Of a stretch of 54,105 nucleotides of DNA, positions 44,317-54,105 are shown one piece after another. A program made the position numbers and the translations under genes. The stretch comes from an uncultured Planctomycetia bacterium (GTDB lineage Bacteria > Omnitrophota > Gorgyraeia > Taenaricolales > CAZCCH01): positions 1 to 54,105 of the forward strand of contig CAZCCH010000001.1 of assembly GCA_964497315.1 (NCBI GenBank), written 5' to 3'. The notes under the pieces were generated by a model. The model made no database searches. It was not told the origin of the DNA and saw nothing but the letters and a program-made list of their open reading frames with translations. How positions within the stretch are numbered: the first letter of the stretch is position 1; each line of letters starts with the position of its first letter.

Positions 44317-45165
44317 TTATTTAAGACCTCTCAAAAGTGTCTTTCGCATTATAGAAACTGGTGCCCTCTTGCCTGTCCACAACTTGAAGGCCTCCACCCC
44401 TTGGTATAATAACATGCTAAGGCCGCAAGAAGCTTTAAGGCCACATTTAGTAGCAGCTTCTACCAATTTTGTCTTTGGAACATTGTAAACTAAATCATAT
44501 ACTTTAAGACCTTTATGTAAATATTCTGGTTTTACTAAAAGTGCATCTTTCTTCTTCATGCCAATGGGTGTAGCATTTATCAATAAATTACTATTTTCTA
44601 TATAACGCTTCCAATTCCCAGAAACTACCTTTACTTTACACTTTGAAAAATTCTTTTTTAGTTCCTTCGATAGTTTATTAGCCTTCTTGCGGACTTTATC
44701 AACAACGCAAATTGACTCTGCTCCACCTGCAGCAAGAGTAGTCGCTACTGCCTTTGCTGCCCCACCAGCACCAATTAGGAACACCTTCTTTCCTTTAGCG
44801 GTTATTCCTAAATCCTCCTTAAGTGCTTTTAGAAAACCAATCCCGTCGGTGTTATAGCCAATTAACTTGTTGTTTTTATTAACAATTGTATTAACAGCAC
44901 CTATAAGTTTTGCTTCTTTAGTTAGTTTATCCAAATGTTTTATGCAGCCTTCCTTGTGTGGAATGGTTACATTCGCACCAGAGATACCAAATGTCTTAAT
45001 TACATTAATAGCCTTATCTATAAACCTGGGTGGGACTTCTAAAACTACATAAGTTGCATTTATGCCTAATTTTTTGAATGCAGCATTATGCATAACAGGC
45101 GAAAGGCTATGTTTTACCGGGTAACCTAACAAGCAATAGACTTTGGTATTTACATCTATTTTCAT
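44317..45165 (-). CDS. aroE: Shikimate dehydrogenase
   Basis: GYPVKHSLSPVMHNAAF, NVTIPHK, GAVNT, GAGGAAKAV. Confidence 0.85.
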   Translation of the reverse strand: MKIDVNTKVYCLLGYPVKHSLSPVMHNAAFKKLGINATYVVLEVPPRFIDKAINVIKTFGISGANVTIPHKEGCIKHLDKLTKEAKLIGAVNTIVNKNNKLIGYNTDGIGFLKALKEDLGITAKGKKVFLIGAGGAAKAVATTLAAGGAESICVVDKVRKKANKLSKELKKNFSKCKVKVVSGNWKRYIENSNLLINATPIGMKKKDALLVKPEYLHKGLKVYDLVYNVPKTKLVEAATKCGLKASCGLSMLLYQGVEAFKLWTGKRAPVSIMRKTLLRGLK

Positions 45166-45173
45166 ATAGATTT

Positions 45174-46679
45174 TTACTTTCTGTATATCGCTCTATTTAT
45201 CGCGTTTAGATATGCCTTAGCACTTGCTTCAATAATATCAGTTGAGGCACCTCGTCCTGTAATTTCTCTTTTATTAATACGCAAGCTTACCGTGACTTCA
45301 CCTAAAGCATCTTTTCCAGAGGTTACAGCCTGAATGCCATAATTTAAAAGTTTCACTCGTACACCTGTAATTTTCTCAATGGCCTTATAGCATGCATCAA
45401 CAGGCCCATCACCGGTTGCGGTCTTTTCAATTATCTTTGTTTTCTTTCTTAAGGCAACAGTTGCCTTTGGTGTAACCTTACTACCCCCAGTAAACTCAAT
45501 TGAGTCCATAACCCAGGCCTCGGGGACCTCTTTAATCTCATCTTCAACGATTGCTATTAAATCATCGTCGTAAACTTCCTTTTTCTTATCTGCTAAAACC
45601 TTAAATCTTTCAAAGGACCTGTCTATTTCATCTTTATCTAACTCAAAACCTAGCTTTTTTAATCTATCTGAAAATGCATGCCTGCCTGAATGCTTGCCCA
45701 AGACTAATTGAGTTTCTCCAAAGCCAACATCCTCTGGTTTCATGATTTCATAGGTAATGCGTTCTTTTAATATACCATGCTGGTGTATACCTGCCTCATG
45801 ACTAAAGGCATTTTGGCCTACAATGGCCTTGTTTCGCTGGACCAACATACCTGTTGCGCGTGCAATGAGCCGACTTGTCTTACAAAGCTGTGTCGTATCA
45901 ATATCTGTAGAAACCTCATAAAGGTCCTTCCTGGTCCTCACTGCCATGACAATTTCTTCTAAAGAGGCATTCCCCGCACGTTCGCCAAGACCATTAATTG
46001 TACATTCTACCTGACGTGCGCCATTTTGCACAGCAGCCAAAGAATTTGCCACACCAAGCCCTAGGTCATTATGGCAATGGACGCTAATTACGGCTTTATT
46101 AATGTTTGGAACGTTTTCTTTTATTCCCTTTATAAGCGTTGCGAATTCTTCAGGTATTGCATAGCCTACTGTATCAGGGATATTAACAGTAGTCGCCCCT
46201 GCATTAATAACAGCCTCAACAACCTTATATAAAAACTTCCTCTCTGTCCTGGAGGCATCTTCAGGTGAAAACTCTACATCCTTAACCAAAGTACGGGCAT
46301 ATTTAACAAAATGCACCGCTTGTCTTAAGATCTCATCTTCTAACTTTTTAAGTTTATACTTCATGTGTATCTTGGATGTTGCCAAAAATACATGTATGCG
46401 TTTATGCTTTGCTTTATTTAGCGCTCTGTAAGCTATATCAATATCACTTTTAACCGCACGCGCAAGTCCGCATATTATAGGTCTTTTTATTCTTGATGAG
46501 ACAAGTTTGACTGCTTCAAAGTCTCCAGGTGAAGCAATAGGAAAACCTGCCTCTATTACATCAACGCCTAGCTTATCAAGCTGGTGAGCGACCTCAAGTT
46601 TTGCCTTTGTCCCAAGGCTCGCACCAGGAGACTGCTCTCCATCGCGTAGCGTTGTATCAAATACGATTAACTTCTCCAT
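45174..46679 (-). CDS. leuA: 2-isopropylmalate synthase
   Basis: IVFDTTLRDGEQSPGASL, GVDVIEAGFPIASPGDFEAV, HCHNDLGLGVANSLAA, C-terminal LeuA dimerisation/regulatory domain. Confidence 0.8.
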   Translation of the reverse strand: MEKLIVFDTTLRDGEQSPGASLGTKAKLEVAHQLDKLGVDVIEAGFPIASPGDFEAVKLVSSRIKRPIICGLARAVKSDIDIAYRALNKAKHKRIHVFLATSKIHMKYKLKKLEDEILRQAVHFVKYARTLVKDVEFSPEDASRTERKFLYKVVEAVINAGATTVNIPDTVGYAIPEEFATLIKGIKENVPNINKAVISVHCHNDLGLGVANSLAAVQNGARQVECTINGLGERAGNASLEEIVMAVRTRKDLYEVSTDIDTTQLCKTSRLIARATGMLVQRNKAIVGQNAFSHEAGIHQHGILKERITYEIMKPEDVGFGETQLVLGKHSGRHAFSDRLKKLGFELDKDEIDRSFERFKVLADKKKEVYDDDLIAIVEDEIKEVPEAWVMDSIEFTGGSKVTPKATVALRKKTKIIEKTATGDGPVDACYKAIEKITGVRVKLLNYGIQAVTSGKDALGEVTVSLRINKREITGRGASTDIIEASAKAYLNAINRAIYRK

Positions 46680-46688
46680 AACACTCCT

Positions 46689-47681
46689 TTACTTCTTCAT
46701 CCAGGGCATCATTTCTCGTAAGGCACGGCCCACTTCTTCTATTTTATGCTTGCCTTCTTCTTCTCTGTACTTATTGAAGTTCGGCCTGCCTTCTTTGTTT
46801 TCCCTGATCCATTCCCTTGCAAACTTTCCAGATTGGACTTCTTTCAAAATCTTTTGCATCTGTTTTCTGGTGCGTTCTGAGATAATACGCTTGCCACGCG
46901 TATAGTCTCCATACTCTGCCGTATCTGATACGCGCTGCCTCATACCAGAAATACCGACTGAATAAATCAAATCTGTAATAAGCTTTAATTCATGGAGGCA
47001 CTCAAAATAGGCAATCTCTGGTTGATAACCTGCCTCTATTAATGTGTCAAAGCCTGCTTTGACGAGCTCTGTTACCCCTCCGCAAAGCACGGTCTGTTCT
47101 CCAAAAAGATCAGTCTCTGTTTCCTCTTTAAAGGTTGTCTCAATTACACCTGCACGGGCAGCACCTATTGCCTTTGCATAAGAAAGGGCCAAATCTTTTG
47201 TGTGCCCTGTTGTATCTTGAAAAACAGCTATGAGGCACGGGACACCCTTACCCTCTTCATACATCTGGCGCACTAAGGCTCCTGGCCCCTTGGGGGCTAC
47301 CATAAAGACATCAACCTTCTTAGGTGGTTTTATCTGTTTAAAATGAATATTAAATCCATGAGAGAAACAAAGTGCATTACCCTTTTTCAAATTAGGCTTG
47401 ACTGACTCTTTGTAAACCTTTGCCTGCACATGATCCTGTGTTAATATTTGAATTACATCTGCGTGGTTTGAGGCATCAGCTGCACTTACTGGAGAAAATC
47501 CATCTTCCTGTGCCTTTTGAAAATTAGGCGTTCCCTCTAATTCGCTGATTATTACATTTATTCCACTATCGCGCAGGCAAAGTCCCTGACCTCTTCCTTG
47601 TATACCATAACCTATAATTGCAACTGTTTTTTCTTTCAGTAAATCTAAGTTTGCATCTTGTTCATAATACATCTTAGCCAT
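46689..47681 (-). CDS. ilvC: Ketol-acid reductoisomerase (class I)
   Basis: [40 protein letters not shown]. Confidence 0.9.
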   Translation of the reverse strand: MAKMYYEQDANLDLLKEKTVAIIGYGIQGRGQGLCLRDSGINVIISELEGTPNFQKAQEDGFSPVSAADASNHADVIQILTQDHVQAKVYKESVKPNLKKGNALCFSHGFNIHFKQIKPPKKVDVFMVAPKGPGALVRQMYEEGKGVPCLIAVFQDTTGHTKDLALSYAKAIGAARAGVIETTFKEETETDLFGEQTVLCGGVTELVKAGFDTLIEAGYQPEIAYFECLHELKLITDLIYSVGISGMRQRVSDTAEYGDYTRGKRIISERTRKQMQKILKEVQSGKFAREWIRENKEGRPNFNKYREEEGKHKIEEVGRALREMMPWMKK

Positions 47682-47723
47682 TTTGTCCTCCTGCTTTTCT
47701 TGCTATTTGCCTATTTGTAGGAT

Positions 47724-49139
47724 CTATATCCAAATTTTGATCTTTACTGTTGCATTCGATATGGTAAAATCTGTCCAATCATGGTCTTCAACACCATTCG
47801 CATCTGCCCGGCATCCAGTAGCATGGGCCCCTGCGACATATTTTAACTCTCCAGCACTATCATCAATGTAAAAAGTAAGGCCATAAAATTGGGGTGTTCC
47901 CGAATAGACTACAGGAGTACTCATGCCTTCATATATTATGATATCATCTTTGTCCTTCTCTTTCATGAGTATTTGAAAATGAGAATATTCTACTGTGGGA
48001 GGACTTCCTGAAACAGTACCAGTATCATTGCTACTGACATCAAACCAACTGGATTCCCAAGAAGGACTCCCTAAAGCCCCACCTAATGGCAGCCAGGCCG
48101 ATCCGCTATATATCTTAAGCCCCTTAGATGAGCCATCTGTGCCGTCATTATCATAGGCAATCATACCTTCAACAGGACTTGTTATTTCACTACTCGGATC
48201 TCCCATTCTCGGTGGTATAAAACCACTCGTACTCGAACTGACATCCAAAATGCCCGTAGGATGAGTAGTCCCAATACCAACATTGCCATTAGGAAAGGCT
48301 ACCTTATTAATATCGGTGTCTGTTCTTTCAACAATAAGCCAGGGTTTCGAACTATCTTCCGCATCATTAGTTGCATAACCGTAAAGTATGCCACTGGCTA
48401 CTATGTATTTCCAGTATTTTTCATCTTCATCCTCATCCCGCTCCTTTAGTACTAATGTAGGCATGGGGGAATCTATCACTAATCCTCGGCCAGAAATAGT
48501 GCCTGGGTCGTAAATATGCAACTGTTTCTGTGGATCTGATGTCCCAATGCCAACATAACCCTTATCTGAGGTTATAACCATAGCATCCGTATCTATGGAA
48601 CTAATAAAATCTCTTACATTTATTACAAAATCTTTATTATCATTCACGCGTAAATTAGCAGTAGCTTGTACCCCGCTAACTCCTGCACTAGCCCTGTGAA
48701 GCTGCAGTTCGGGCTGGCCGGCTACTGCTGCTATCTCCAAACCTCCGCTTCCTTTTGTAAGGGCAGTAAAGGGAGTTGTTGTCCTAATACCAACATTGCC
48801 GCCATCGTAATAAATATCTGTTCCATTTGCTGCTGGTATCCACACACCGCCTCCCAGGAGAGTCCATCCTTCTCCATCTTCTTCGCAGTAATAAAGGCCT
48901 TCTGTGTTGCCTCCTGTTCCATCATCATAATAAAACATACCTTCTAATTCTGAATTTGCAGCAACAGGTGGACCATCTCCAGGTGTAAGAGTAAGGCTTT
49001 CTGTTTCTAACTCGTTATATTCCCCTGTAGGGGCTGGGTAATAGGTGGTAAGTGTTACCTCCTCTGCTATAGCAGAGATTAAACCTGTTAAAACTATGCC
49101 TGCTATAATAAGTGGGATAAGTCTATAGGAGTGGGTCAT
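47724..49139 (-). CDS. Membrane-anchored/secreted tail-fibre-like repeat protein (hypothetical), embedded in the ilv operon
   Basis: N-terminal TM/signal, then TLTTYYPAPTGEYNEL. Three G-N/Y-V-G-I-G/R-T repeats (GNVGIRTTTP, GYVGIGTSDPQKQLHIY, GNVGIGTTHPTGILDV). Gly/Asp/Thr-rich. Gaps of only 14 and 42 nt to ilvN and ilvC. Confidence 0.6.
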   Translation of the reverse strand: MTHSYRLIPLIIAGIVLTGLISAIAEEVTLTTYYPAPTGEYNELETESLTLTPGDGPPVAANSELEGMFYYDDGTGGNTEGLYYCEEDGEGWTLLGGGVWIPAANGTDIYYDGGNVGIRTTTPFTALTKGSGGLEIAAVAGQPELQLHRASAGVSGVQATANLRVNDNKDFVINVRDFISSIDTDAMVITSDKGYVGIGTSDPQKQLHIYDPGTISGRGLVIDSPMPTLVLKERDEDEDEKYWKYIVASGILYGYATNDAEDSSKPWLIVERTDTDINKVAFPNGNVGIGTTHPTGILDVSSSTSGFIPPRMGDPSSEITSPVEGMIAYDNDGTDGSSKGLKIYSGSAWLPLGGALGSPSWESSWFDVSSNDTGTVSGSPPTVEYSHFQILMKEKDKDDIIIYEGMSTPVVYSGTPQFYGLTFYIDDSAGELKYVAGAHATGCRADANGVEDHDWTDFTISNATVKIKIWI

Positions 49140-49153
49140 TTTGGACCTCCTTA

Positions 49154-49627
49154 TTATTCTTTACTTATCGCTATTCTTCCAGTCCGCACTACTTCTTTAA
49201 TCCCAAACGGCTCAAACAACTCTAAAGCACTTTTTATCTTATCCTCATCGCCTACTAACTCTACTGTGATGGTCTTTGTGGCTGCATGAACAACTCTACC
49301 GCCTAGGGTTTCTGCTGTTTCTATTATCTCGCCTTTGTTCTTGCTGGTACTTGCAACCTTTATAAGCATTAATTCCCTGCCAATAAACTCACCTTCATGT
49401 AAATCCTTCACAATTATTGTATCTATGAGTTTATTTAGCTGCTTTTTAACCTGCTCTAGTGTGCGTTCATCTGCATTGACCACAATTGTCATCCTAGACA
49501 TAGTGGGGTCTTCTGTTTCTCCTACTGCCAGAGAATCAATATTAAAACCCCTGGCTGAAAAAAGTCCTGCAATTCTTGCTAAAACACCCGGATGGTTTTC
49601 TACTAATACAGAGTAGGTGTGTCTCAT
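49154..49627 (-). CDS. ilvN: Acetolactate synthase small (regulatory) subunit
   Basis: ACT domain HTYSVLVENHPGVLARIAGLFSARGFNIDSLAV. Confidence 0.9.
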   Translation of the reverse strand: MRHTYSVLVENHPGVLARIAGLFSARGFNIDSLAVGETEDPTMSRMTIVVNADERTLEQVKKQLNKLIDTIIVKDLHEGEFIGRELMLIKVASTSKNKGEIIETAETLGGRVVHAATKTITVELVGDEDKIKSALELFEPFGIKEVVRTGRIAISKE

Positions 49628-49628
49628 C

Positions 49629-51296
49629 TTAGGCCATGCCTCCTATCATCCTATTAATTGCCTCTCCTGCTGGAACCATAGGAAAAACGTTTTCTTCTCT
49701 TTCAATATGAAAATCCATAACAACTGGCCCGGACGTCTTCAGGGCCTTATTTATGGCCTTTTTTACATCTTGTTTTTTAGTAACTTTTATGCCTGTAGCG
49801 CCATAGGCCTGGGCTATCCCGACAAAATCTACACAGGTAAGCGGAGTGGCTGAATACCTCTTATTATAGAAAAGCTCCTGCCATTGCCTGACCATGCCTA
49901 AATAGCAGTTATTCAATATTGCTATCTTAACGGGAAGTTTGTGCTCAACAGCAGTGCAGAGTTCCTGTATATTCATCTGAAAACTCCCGTCACCTGCAAT
50001 ATCAAAAACTGTTTTTTTAGGACAACCTATCTGCGCACCTATTGCTGCTGGAAAACCATACCCCATTGTTCCAAGTCCGCCGCTTGAAACCATCGTCCTT
50101 GGTTTAGTAAATTTATACCACTGGGCAGCCCACATTTGGTTTTGGCCGACTTCGGTACAAATTATAGCATTGCCTTTTGTGGCCTCACAGATTTGCTCAA
50201 CAACATACTGAGGCCTAAGTTTACTATCTTTTTTGTAATACAAAGGGTGTTTCTTCTTCCATGCTATAATTGCCTTAAGCCAATCCTTGGTATCAGGTTT
50301 TTTGACAATCTTGGTAAGCTCAGTTAATATGCCTTTTGCATCGCCAACTATAGGCACATCCACTTTGACATTTTTACTTATTGCAACAGGATCTATGTCA
50401 ATATGTATAATCTTTGCGTGCGGAGCAAACTCATCAATCTTTCCTGTAACCCTGTCATCAAACCTCGCACCTACTGCAATAATAAGATCGCTTGCCTGAA
50501 TAGCATGGTTTGCATAGGCAGTCCCATGCATCCCTAGCATCCCTAAAGAAAGCTCATGCGTTTCCGGAAAACAGCCTAAACCAAGCAATGTTGTTGTAAC
50601 AGGTGTTTGTATCTTTACTGCAAATTCTTTCAGTTTAGAAGTAGCATCAGCTATAATTACCCCACCGCCAGCATAGATAATAGGCTTCTTGCTTTGGGCT
50701 ATAACCTTAGCGGCCTTTTTTATCTGACCAGGATGACCTGGATAAGTAGGTTTATAACTGCGCATGGAAATAGTTTTCGGATAATTAAAGTTCGTCTCCT
50801 GAAGTGTAACATCCACAGGGAGGTCTATGACAACCGGTCCAGGTCTTCCTGTTGAGGCAATATAAAACGCCTCTTTTATAACCCTTGCTAAATCTTTTAC
50901 ATCTTTAACAAGATAGTTATGTTTTGTGATGGGCCGAGTAATACCCGTAATGTCTGCTTCCTGAAATGCATCGCTTCCGATTAAATGCGTCTTGACCTGG
51001 CCGGTAATTGCAACCATAGGCACTGAATCCATGTATGCAGTAGCTATGCCTGTAATGAGGTTTGTGGCACCCGGGCCTGATGTAGCGATGCAAACCCCAA
51101 CCTTGCCTGTCGTACGGGCATAGCCGTCTGCTGCATGTGCTGCTGCCTGTTCATGGCGGGTCAGGATAAATCTGATAGGTGCATCATACAATACATCAAA
51201 GATAGGTAAAAGAACTCCGCCCGGATAACCAAACATAACTTCAACGCCTTCTTTCAATAATGACTCAACTAAAATTTTTGCACCTGTAAGTTTCAT
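49629..51296 (-). CDS. ilvB: Acetolactate synthase large subunit
   Basis: [27 protein letters not shown]; TPP motif [15 protein letters not shown]...GDGSFQMN. I place the start at the ATG at 51296, which forms an ATGA overlap with the ilvD stop. The 30 extra N-terminal codons in the track lie inside ilvD. Confidence 0.85.
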   Translation of the reverse strand: MKLTGAKILVESLLKEGVEVMFGYPGGVLLPIFDVLYDAPIRFILTRHEQAAAHAADGYARTTGKVGVCIATSGPGATNLITGIATAYMDSVPMVAITGQVKTHLIGSDAFQEADITGITRPITKHNYLVKDVKDLARVIKEAFYIASTGRPGPVVIDLPVDVTLQETNFNYPKTISMRSYKPTYPGHPGQIKKAAKVIAQSKKPIIYAGGGVIIADATSKLKEFAVKIQTPVTTTLLGLGCFPETHELSLGMLGMHGTAYANHAIQASDLIIAVGARFDDRVTGKIDEFAPHAKIIHIDIDPVAISKNVKVDVPIVGDAKGILTELTKIVKKPDTKDWLKAIIAWKKKHPLYYKKDSKLRPQYVVEQICEATKGNAIICTEVGQNQMWAAQWYKFTKPRTMVSSGGLGTMGYGFPAAIGAQIGCPKKTVFDIAGDGSFQMNIQELCTAVEHKLPVKIAILNNCYLGMVRQWQELFYNKRYSATPLTCVDFVGIAQAYGATGIKVTKKQDVKKAINKALKTSGPVVMDFHIEREENVFPMVPAGEAINRMIGGMA

Positions 51297-52966
51297 TTTA
51301 TAACTGCTCCTGTGTTTGCGGACGTAACCAGCCTTGTATATCTTGCTAGATATCCTTTTTTTATCTTTGGTTTTGGAGGACTCCATTTTTTGAGCCTTGC
51401 CTCCATCTGACTCTCACTGATTTCTAATTTTAAACTTCTCCTTGTAATATCAACAGAGATTATATCTCCGTCTTTTACTATAGCCAACGGTCCTCCAGAA
51501 GCTGCTTCAGGTGAAACATGCCCAATGCAAGGGCCGCGCGTCCCACCTGAGAAACGGCCGTCAGTAATCAAAGCTGTTTTGTTTGAAAGTCCCATGCCTA
51601 CTATAGCTGCTGTCGGAGCAAGCATTTCCCTCATTCCAGGTCCACCCTTTGGACCTTCATACCTTATCACAAGAACGGTCCCTGGTTTAATCTTTCCATT
51701 CATTATGGCACACATTGCACTCTCTTCTGAGTTAAACACCCTAGCTTTTGCCTTAAATTTGCGCATACTCCCCTCTACTGCGGATTGCTTTACCACAGCC
51801 CCTTCAGGAGCAAGGTTTCCTTTTAATACTGCAATGCCACCCTCTTTGTGGTAGGGCTTCTTGAGAGGTCTTATAACATCGCTATCAAGGATTTCTGCTT
51901 TTTTTGCAAGGTCTTTGATGTTTTTCCCATCAACCGTAAATGCATCTTTCAATTTTGACCTTAACCTACTAAGTGCCGCGGGTACCCCGCCCGCAAATTC
52001 TAAATCTTCCATAAAGTGTTCCCCGCCTGGTCTGATATTGCAGATATGTGCAGTTGTGCGACTAATCCTATCAAAAACAGAAAGAGATAGTTTAATTCCC
52101 ACTTCATTAGCAATCGCTGGTATATGCAACACGGTATTAGTAGAGCCCCCCAGTGCCATATCCAGTCTTATTGCATTTTCAAATGCAGCTTGGGTGAGAA
52201 TTCTACTGGGTTTTATATTTCTCTTAACCAAATTAACAATTCTACTACCACTCTCATAGGCAACCCTACGCCTCTTTGCAGAAACAGCCAGCGCTGTCGC
52301 TGAACCCGACAAGCTCATCCCCAAAGCCTCAGTAACACAATTCATGGTATTGGCCGTATAAAGCCCCTGACAAGAACCTGGCCCTGGACATGCCTCACAC
52401 TCAAGGGAATCTAATTCCTCTTTAGAAATCTTTCCTTTTTTATATCGGGCAAGTGCTTCAAATGTATCCCGTACAAATGAAAGCCTTTGCATTTTATGTC
52501 TTCCTGAAAACATCGGTCCGCCTGTTACAACAATACTTGGTATATTCACCCTGGCAACGCCCATTAACATACCAGGTGTAATCTTATCGCAATTTGTAAG
52601 ACATACCACGCCATCCAATTGGTGTGCCTGGGTTATTGTCTCTATCATATCTGCAATAAGCTCACGTGAAGGCAATGAATATTTCATGCCTCCATGCCCC
52701 ATAGCAATGCCATCACATATGCCTGGTATCCCAAAAACAAAAGGTGTCCCGCCACCAGCACAAATTCCCTGCTCAACTGCTCTTTCTAAATCTCGCAAGT
52801 GAATATGTCCAGGGATTAAGTCTGTAAAACTTGAGGCAATGCCTATAAATGGCTTTTTCATCTGTTTCTTACTTATACCTGTACCATACAAAAGGGCCCT
52901 GTGTGGAGTCCTTTCCAATCCCTTCTTTGCATTATCGCTTCTCATATATATACTCCTTTTGTCCAT
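51293..52966 (-). CDS. ilvD: Dihydroxy-acid dehydratase
   Basis: [42 protein letters not shown]. Confidence 0.9.
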   Translation of the reverse strand: MDKRSIYMRSDNAKKGLERTPHRALLYGTGISKKQMKKPFIGIASSFTDLIPGHIHLRDLERAVEQGICAGGGTPFVFGIPGICDGIAMGHGGMKYSLPSRELIADMIETITQAHQLDGVVCLTNCDKITPGMLMGVARVNIPSIVVTGGPMFSGRHKMQRLSFVRDTFEALARYKKGKISKEELDSLECEACPGPGSCQGLYTANTMNCVTEALGMSLSGSATALAVSAKRRRVAYESGSRIVNLVKRNIKPSRILTQAAFENAIRLDMALGGSTNTVLHIPAIANEVGIKLSLSVFDRISRTTAHICNIRPGGEHFMEDLEFAGGVPAALSRLRSKLKDAFTVDGKNIKDLAKKAEILDSDVIRPLKKPYHKEGGIAVLKGNLAPEGAVVKQSAVEGSMRKFKAKARVFNSEESAMCAIMNGKIKPGTVLVIRYEGPKGGPGMREMLAPTAAIVGMGLSNKTALITDGRFSGGTRGPCIGHVSPEAASGGPLAIVKDGDIISVDITRRSLKLEISESQMEARLKKWSPPKPKIKKGYLARYTRLVTSANTGAVIK

Positions 52967-52975
52967 ATTTTAACA

Positions 52976-52989
52976 ATTATATCATTATA
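52976..52989 (-). promoter_or_regulatory. Two TATAAT boxes 8 nt apart in the alr-ilvD spacer
   Basis: Minus strand GGTTATAATGATATAATTGTTAAAATATG. The boxes are at 52984-52989 and 52976-52981, and the latter ends 10 nt from the ilvD ATG. No SD is visible. Confidence 0.35.
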
Positions 52990-53009
52990 ACCACATAAAG
53001 ATAATTCTG

Positions 53010-54105
53010 TCAACATTTATACACCCTTTCTACCCTTGGGGCAATCCTTGTAACGATTTCATAGGGTATGGTATTTGCTAACGCTGCAACCTCTTCTGCT
53101 GTAATTGTAAGATTTTCTTGCGTGCCGATTAAAACTGCTTCATCACCAAGTTTTACACCAGGTATATGGCCAACATCTACCATAGTATGATCCATGCAGA
53201 CAATGCCTACAACAGGGGCCTTCTTACCCCTTATCAGGCAATACCCCTTATTGGAAAGTGTTCTTGGATAGCCATCGCCATAACCTATTGGTAGGGTAGC
53301 TATTTTAGTATTGGAGGCTGTTTTATAAGTCCTGCCATAGCTTATAGACCTTCCGGCCTCTGCCTCTTTGATAAATACTATCTTTGTCTTTAGGCTCAAG
53401 GCAGGTTTTAAATTTAGACCCTTCATTAAATCTACTCTTGGATGCAATCCATAGATCATAAGCCCAGGTCTTACTAAATTTAGGTGTGCCCTCTCAAATC
53501 CAATTATACCCATGCTATTTGCTGCATGCGTGTAAATGTCTTTAATTCCAAAAGATTCAATTTTTTTAACCACTGCTTCAAAAAAACCTAATTGGTCATG
53601 TGTAAACTTTGAATTTTCTTCATCGGCGCTTGAAAAATGAGTATATATACCTTCTAATTCTAGATTGCTTTGTTGGTTTATTCTTTTTATAAAATCCGCT
53701 GCCTGAGTATGCCATACGCCTATTCTGCCCATGCCTGTATCAACCTTTATGTGAACCTTCGCTCTTTTCTTTTTTTGCCTTGCTCTATCTTGTAAACCTT
53801 GGGCTAATTCATCATTGGCTATAGTCTGGGTAAGGTTATATTTCAATATAGCGTCTATCTCATTCGGCAATATTGGGCTAAAGACAAGAATGGGGGTATC
53901 TTTAAACTTAGTCCTTATGTTAATTGCCTCATCTACAGATGCTGCGCCTAAATAATCCACCCCACAGCCAACAAGCTTTTCAGACACCTTAAGGAGCCCA
54001 TGACCATAGGCTTCCGCTTTTACAACCACTAAAACTTTTGTCTTGGGTCTGATTTTTTCTTTAACTAAAGCTAAATTATGCTTAATAGAGCTTAAATCAA
54101 CCTCT
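53010..54105 (-). CDS. alr: Alanine racemase, 5'-partial (N-terminus beyond the right window edge)
   Basis: The PLP-lysine motif VVKAEAYGHG sits at the track 'start', which is an internal GTG. The frame stays open to 54105 (EVDLSSIKHNLALVKEKIRPKTKVLVV...). C-terminal block: GYGDGYPR, MDHTMVD. Confidence 0.85.
   Translation of the reverse strand, partial: EVDLSSIKHNLALVKEKIRPKTKVLVVVKAEAYGHGLLKVSEKLVGCGVDYLGAASVDEAINIRTKFKDTPILVFSPILPNEIDAILKYNLTQTIANDELAQGLQDRARQKKKRAKVHIKVDTGMGRIGVWHTQAADFIKRINQQSNLELEGIYTHFSSADEENSKFTHDQLGFFEAVVKKIESFGIKDIYTHAANSMGIIGFERAHLNLVRPGLMIYGLHPRVDLMKGLNLKPALSLKTKIVFIKEAEAGRSISYGRTYKTASNTKIATLPIGYGDGYPRTLSNKGYCLIRGKKAPVVGIVCMDHTMVDVGHIPGVKLGDEAVLIGTQENLTITAEEVAALANTIPYEIVTRIAPRVERVYKC

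Noticed and set aside
51297-51386. 30-codon N-terminal extension of ilvB given in the track
   Set aside because: The extension lies inside the ilvD coding sequence. The conserved ALS N-terminus begins at [13 protein letters not shown], whose ATG forms an ATGA overlap with the ilvD stop.
54027-54029. GTG 'start' of alr in the track
   Set aside because: It is the Val directly preceding the PLP-lysine motif (VVKAEAYGHG). The frame stays open to the window edge with a typical Alr N-terminal sequence, so the gene is 5'-partial.

Overview
This is a 54.1-kb window from an AT-rich diderm bacterium; LPS-core, lipid A, Lnt and TolC-type genes are present, and I cannot assign a lineage by eye. All calls rest on manual reading and motif recognition, with no searches run.

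Every credible gene (about 42) is on the minus strand, in one tightly packed array with many 1-4 nt overlaps. All plus-strand ORFs in the track look like shadow ORFs.

Gene order from right to left:
- alr (5' partial)
- ilvD-ilvB-ilvN, then an embedded tail-fibre-like gene, then ilvC-leuA
- aroE-pilD-aroC-aroK
- dprA-topA-xerC
- an LPS core/lipid A block: waaA, lpxK, an LpxL-ELM1 fusion, a GT4-GT9 fusion, GT4 and two GT9 genes
- a small basic zinc-ribbon protein with its own promoter
- an efflux operon: a TolC-like OMP with an N-terminal extension, an MFP, two tandem RND permeases and lnt
- a 700-bp non-coding gap
- a cluster of secreted CBM-like and GH-like paralogs, plus a PDZ protein and a HAMP-only protein
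- murJ
- uvrC fused to an MGMT domain
- a giant ORF of more than 1518 aa (1..4555, minus strand). It is missing from the supplied ORF track because it runs off the left edge.

Most interesting observations:
1. The giant ORF is preceded by a leader that closely matches the c-di-GMP-I (GEMM-I) riboswitch core, followed by a terminator-like expression platform.
2. The first RND permease carries a 120-aa Pro/Lys/Glu linker and a C-terminal winged-HTH domain. A 10-bp motif, AACCGTATCA, occurs three times around the efflux promoter and three more times in the 700-bp gap.
3. The 700-bp gap contains an orphan promoter-terminator unit, a candidate small RNA of about 210 nt with an exposed CCUCC motif.

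I saw no rRNA, tRNA, CRISPR array or IS element.
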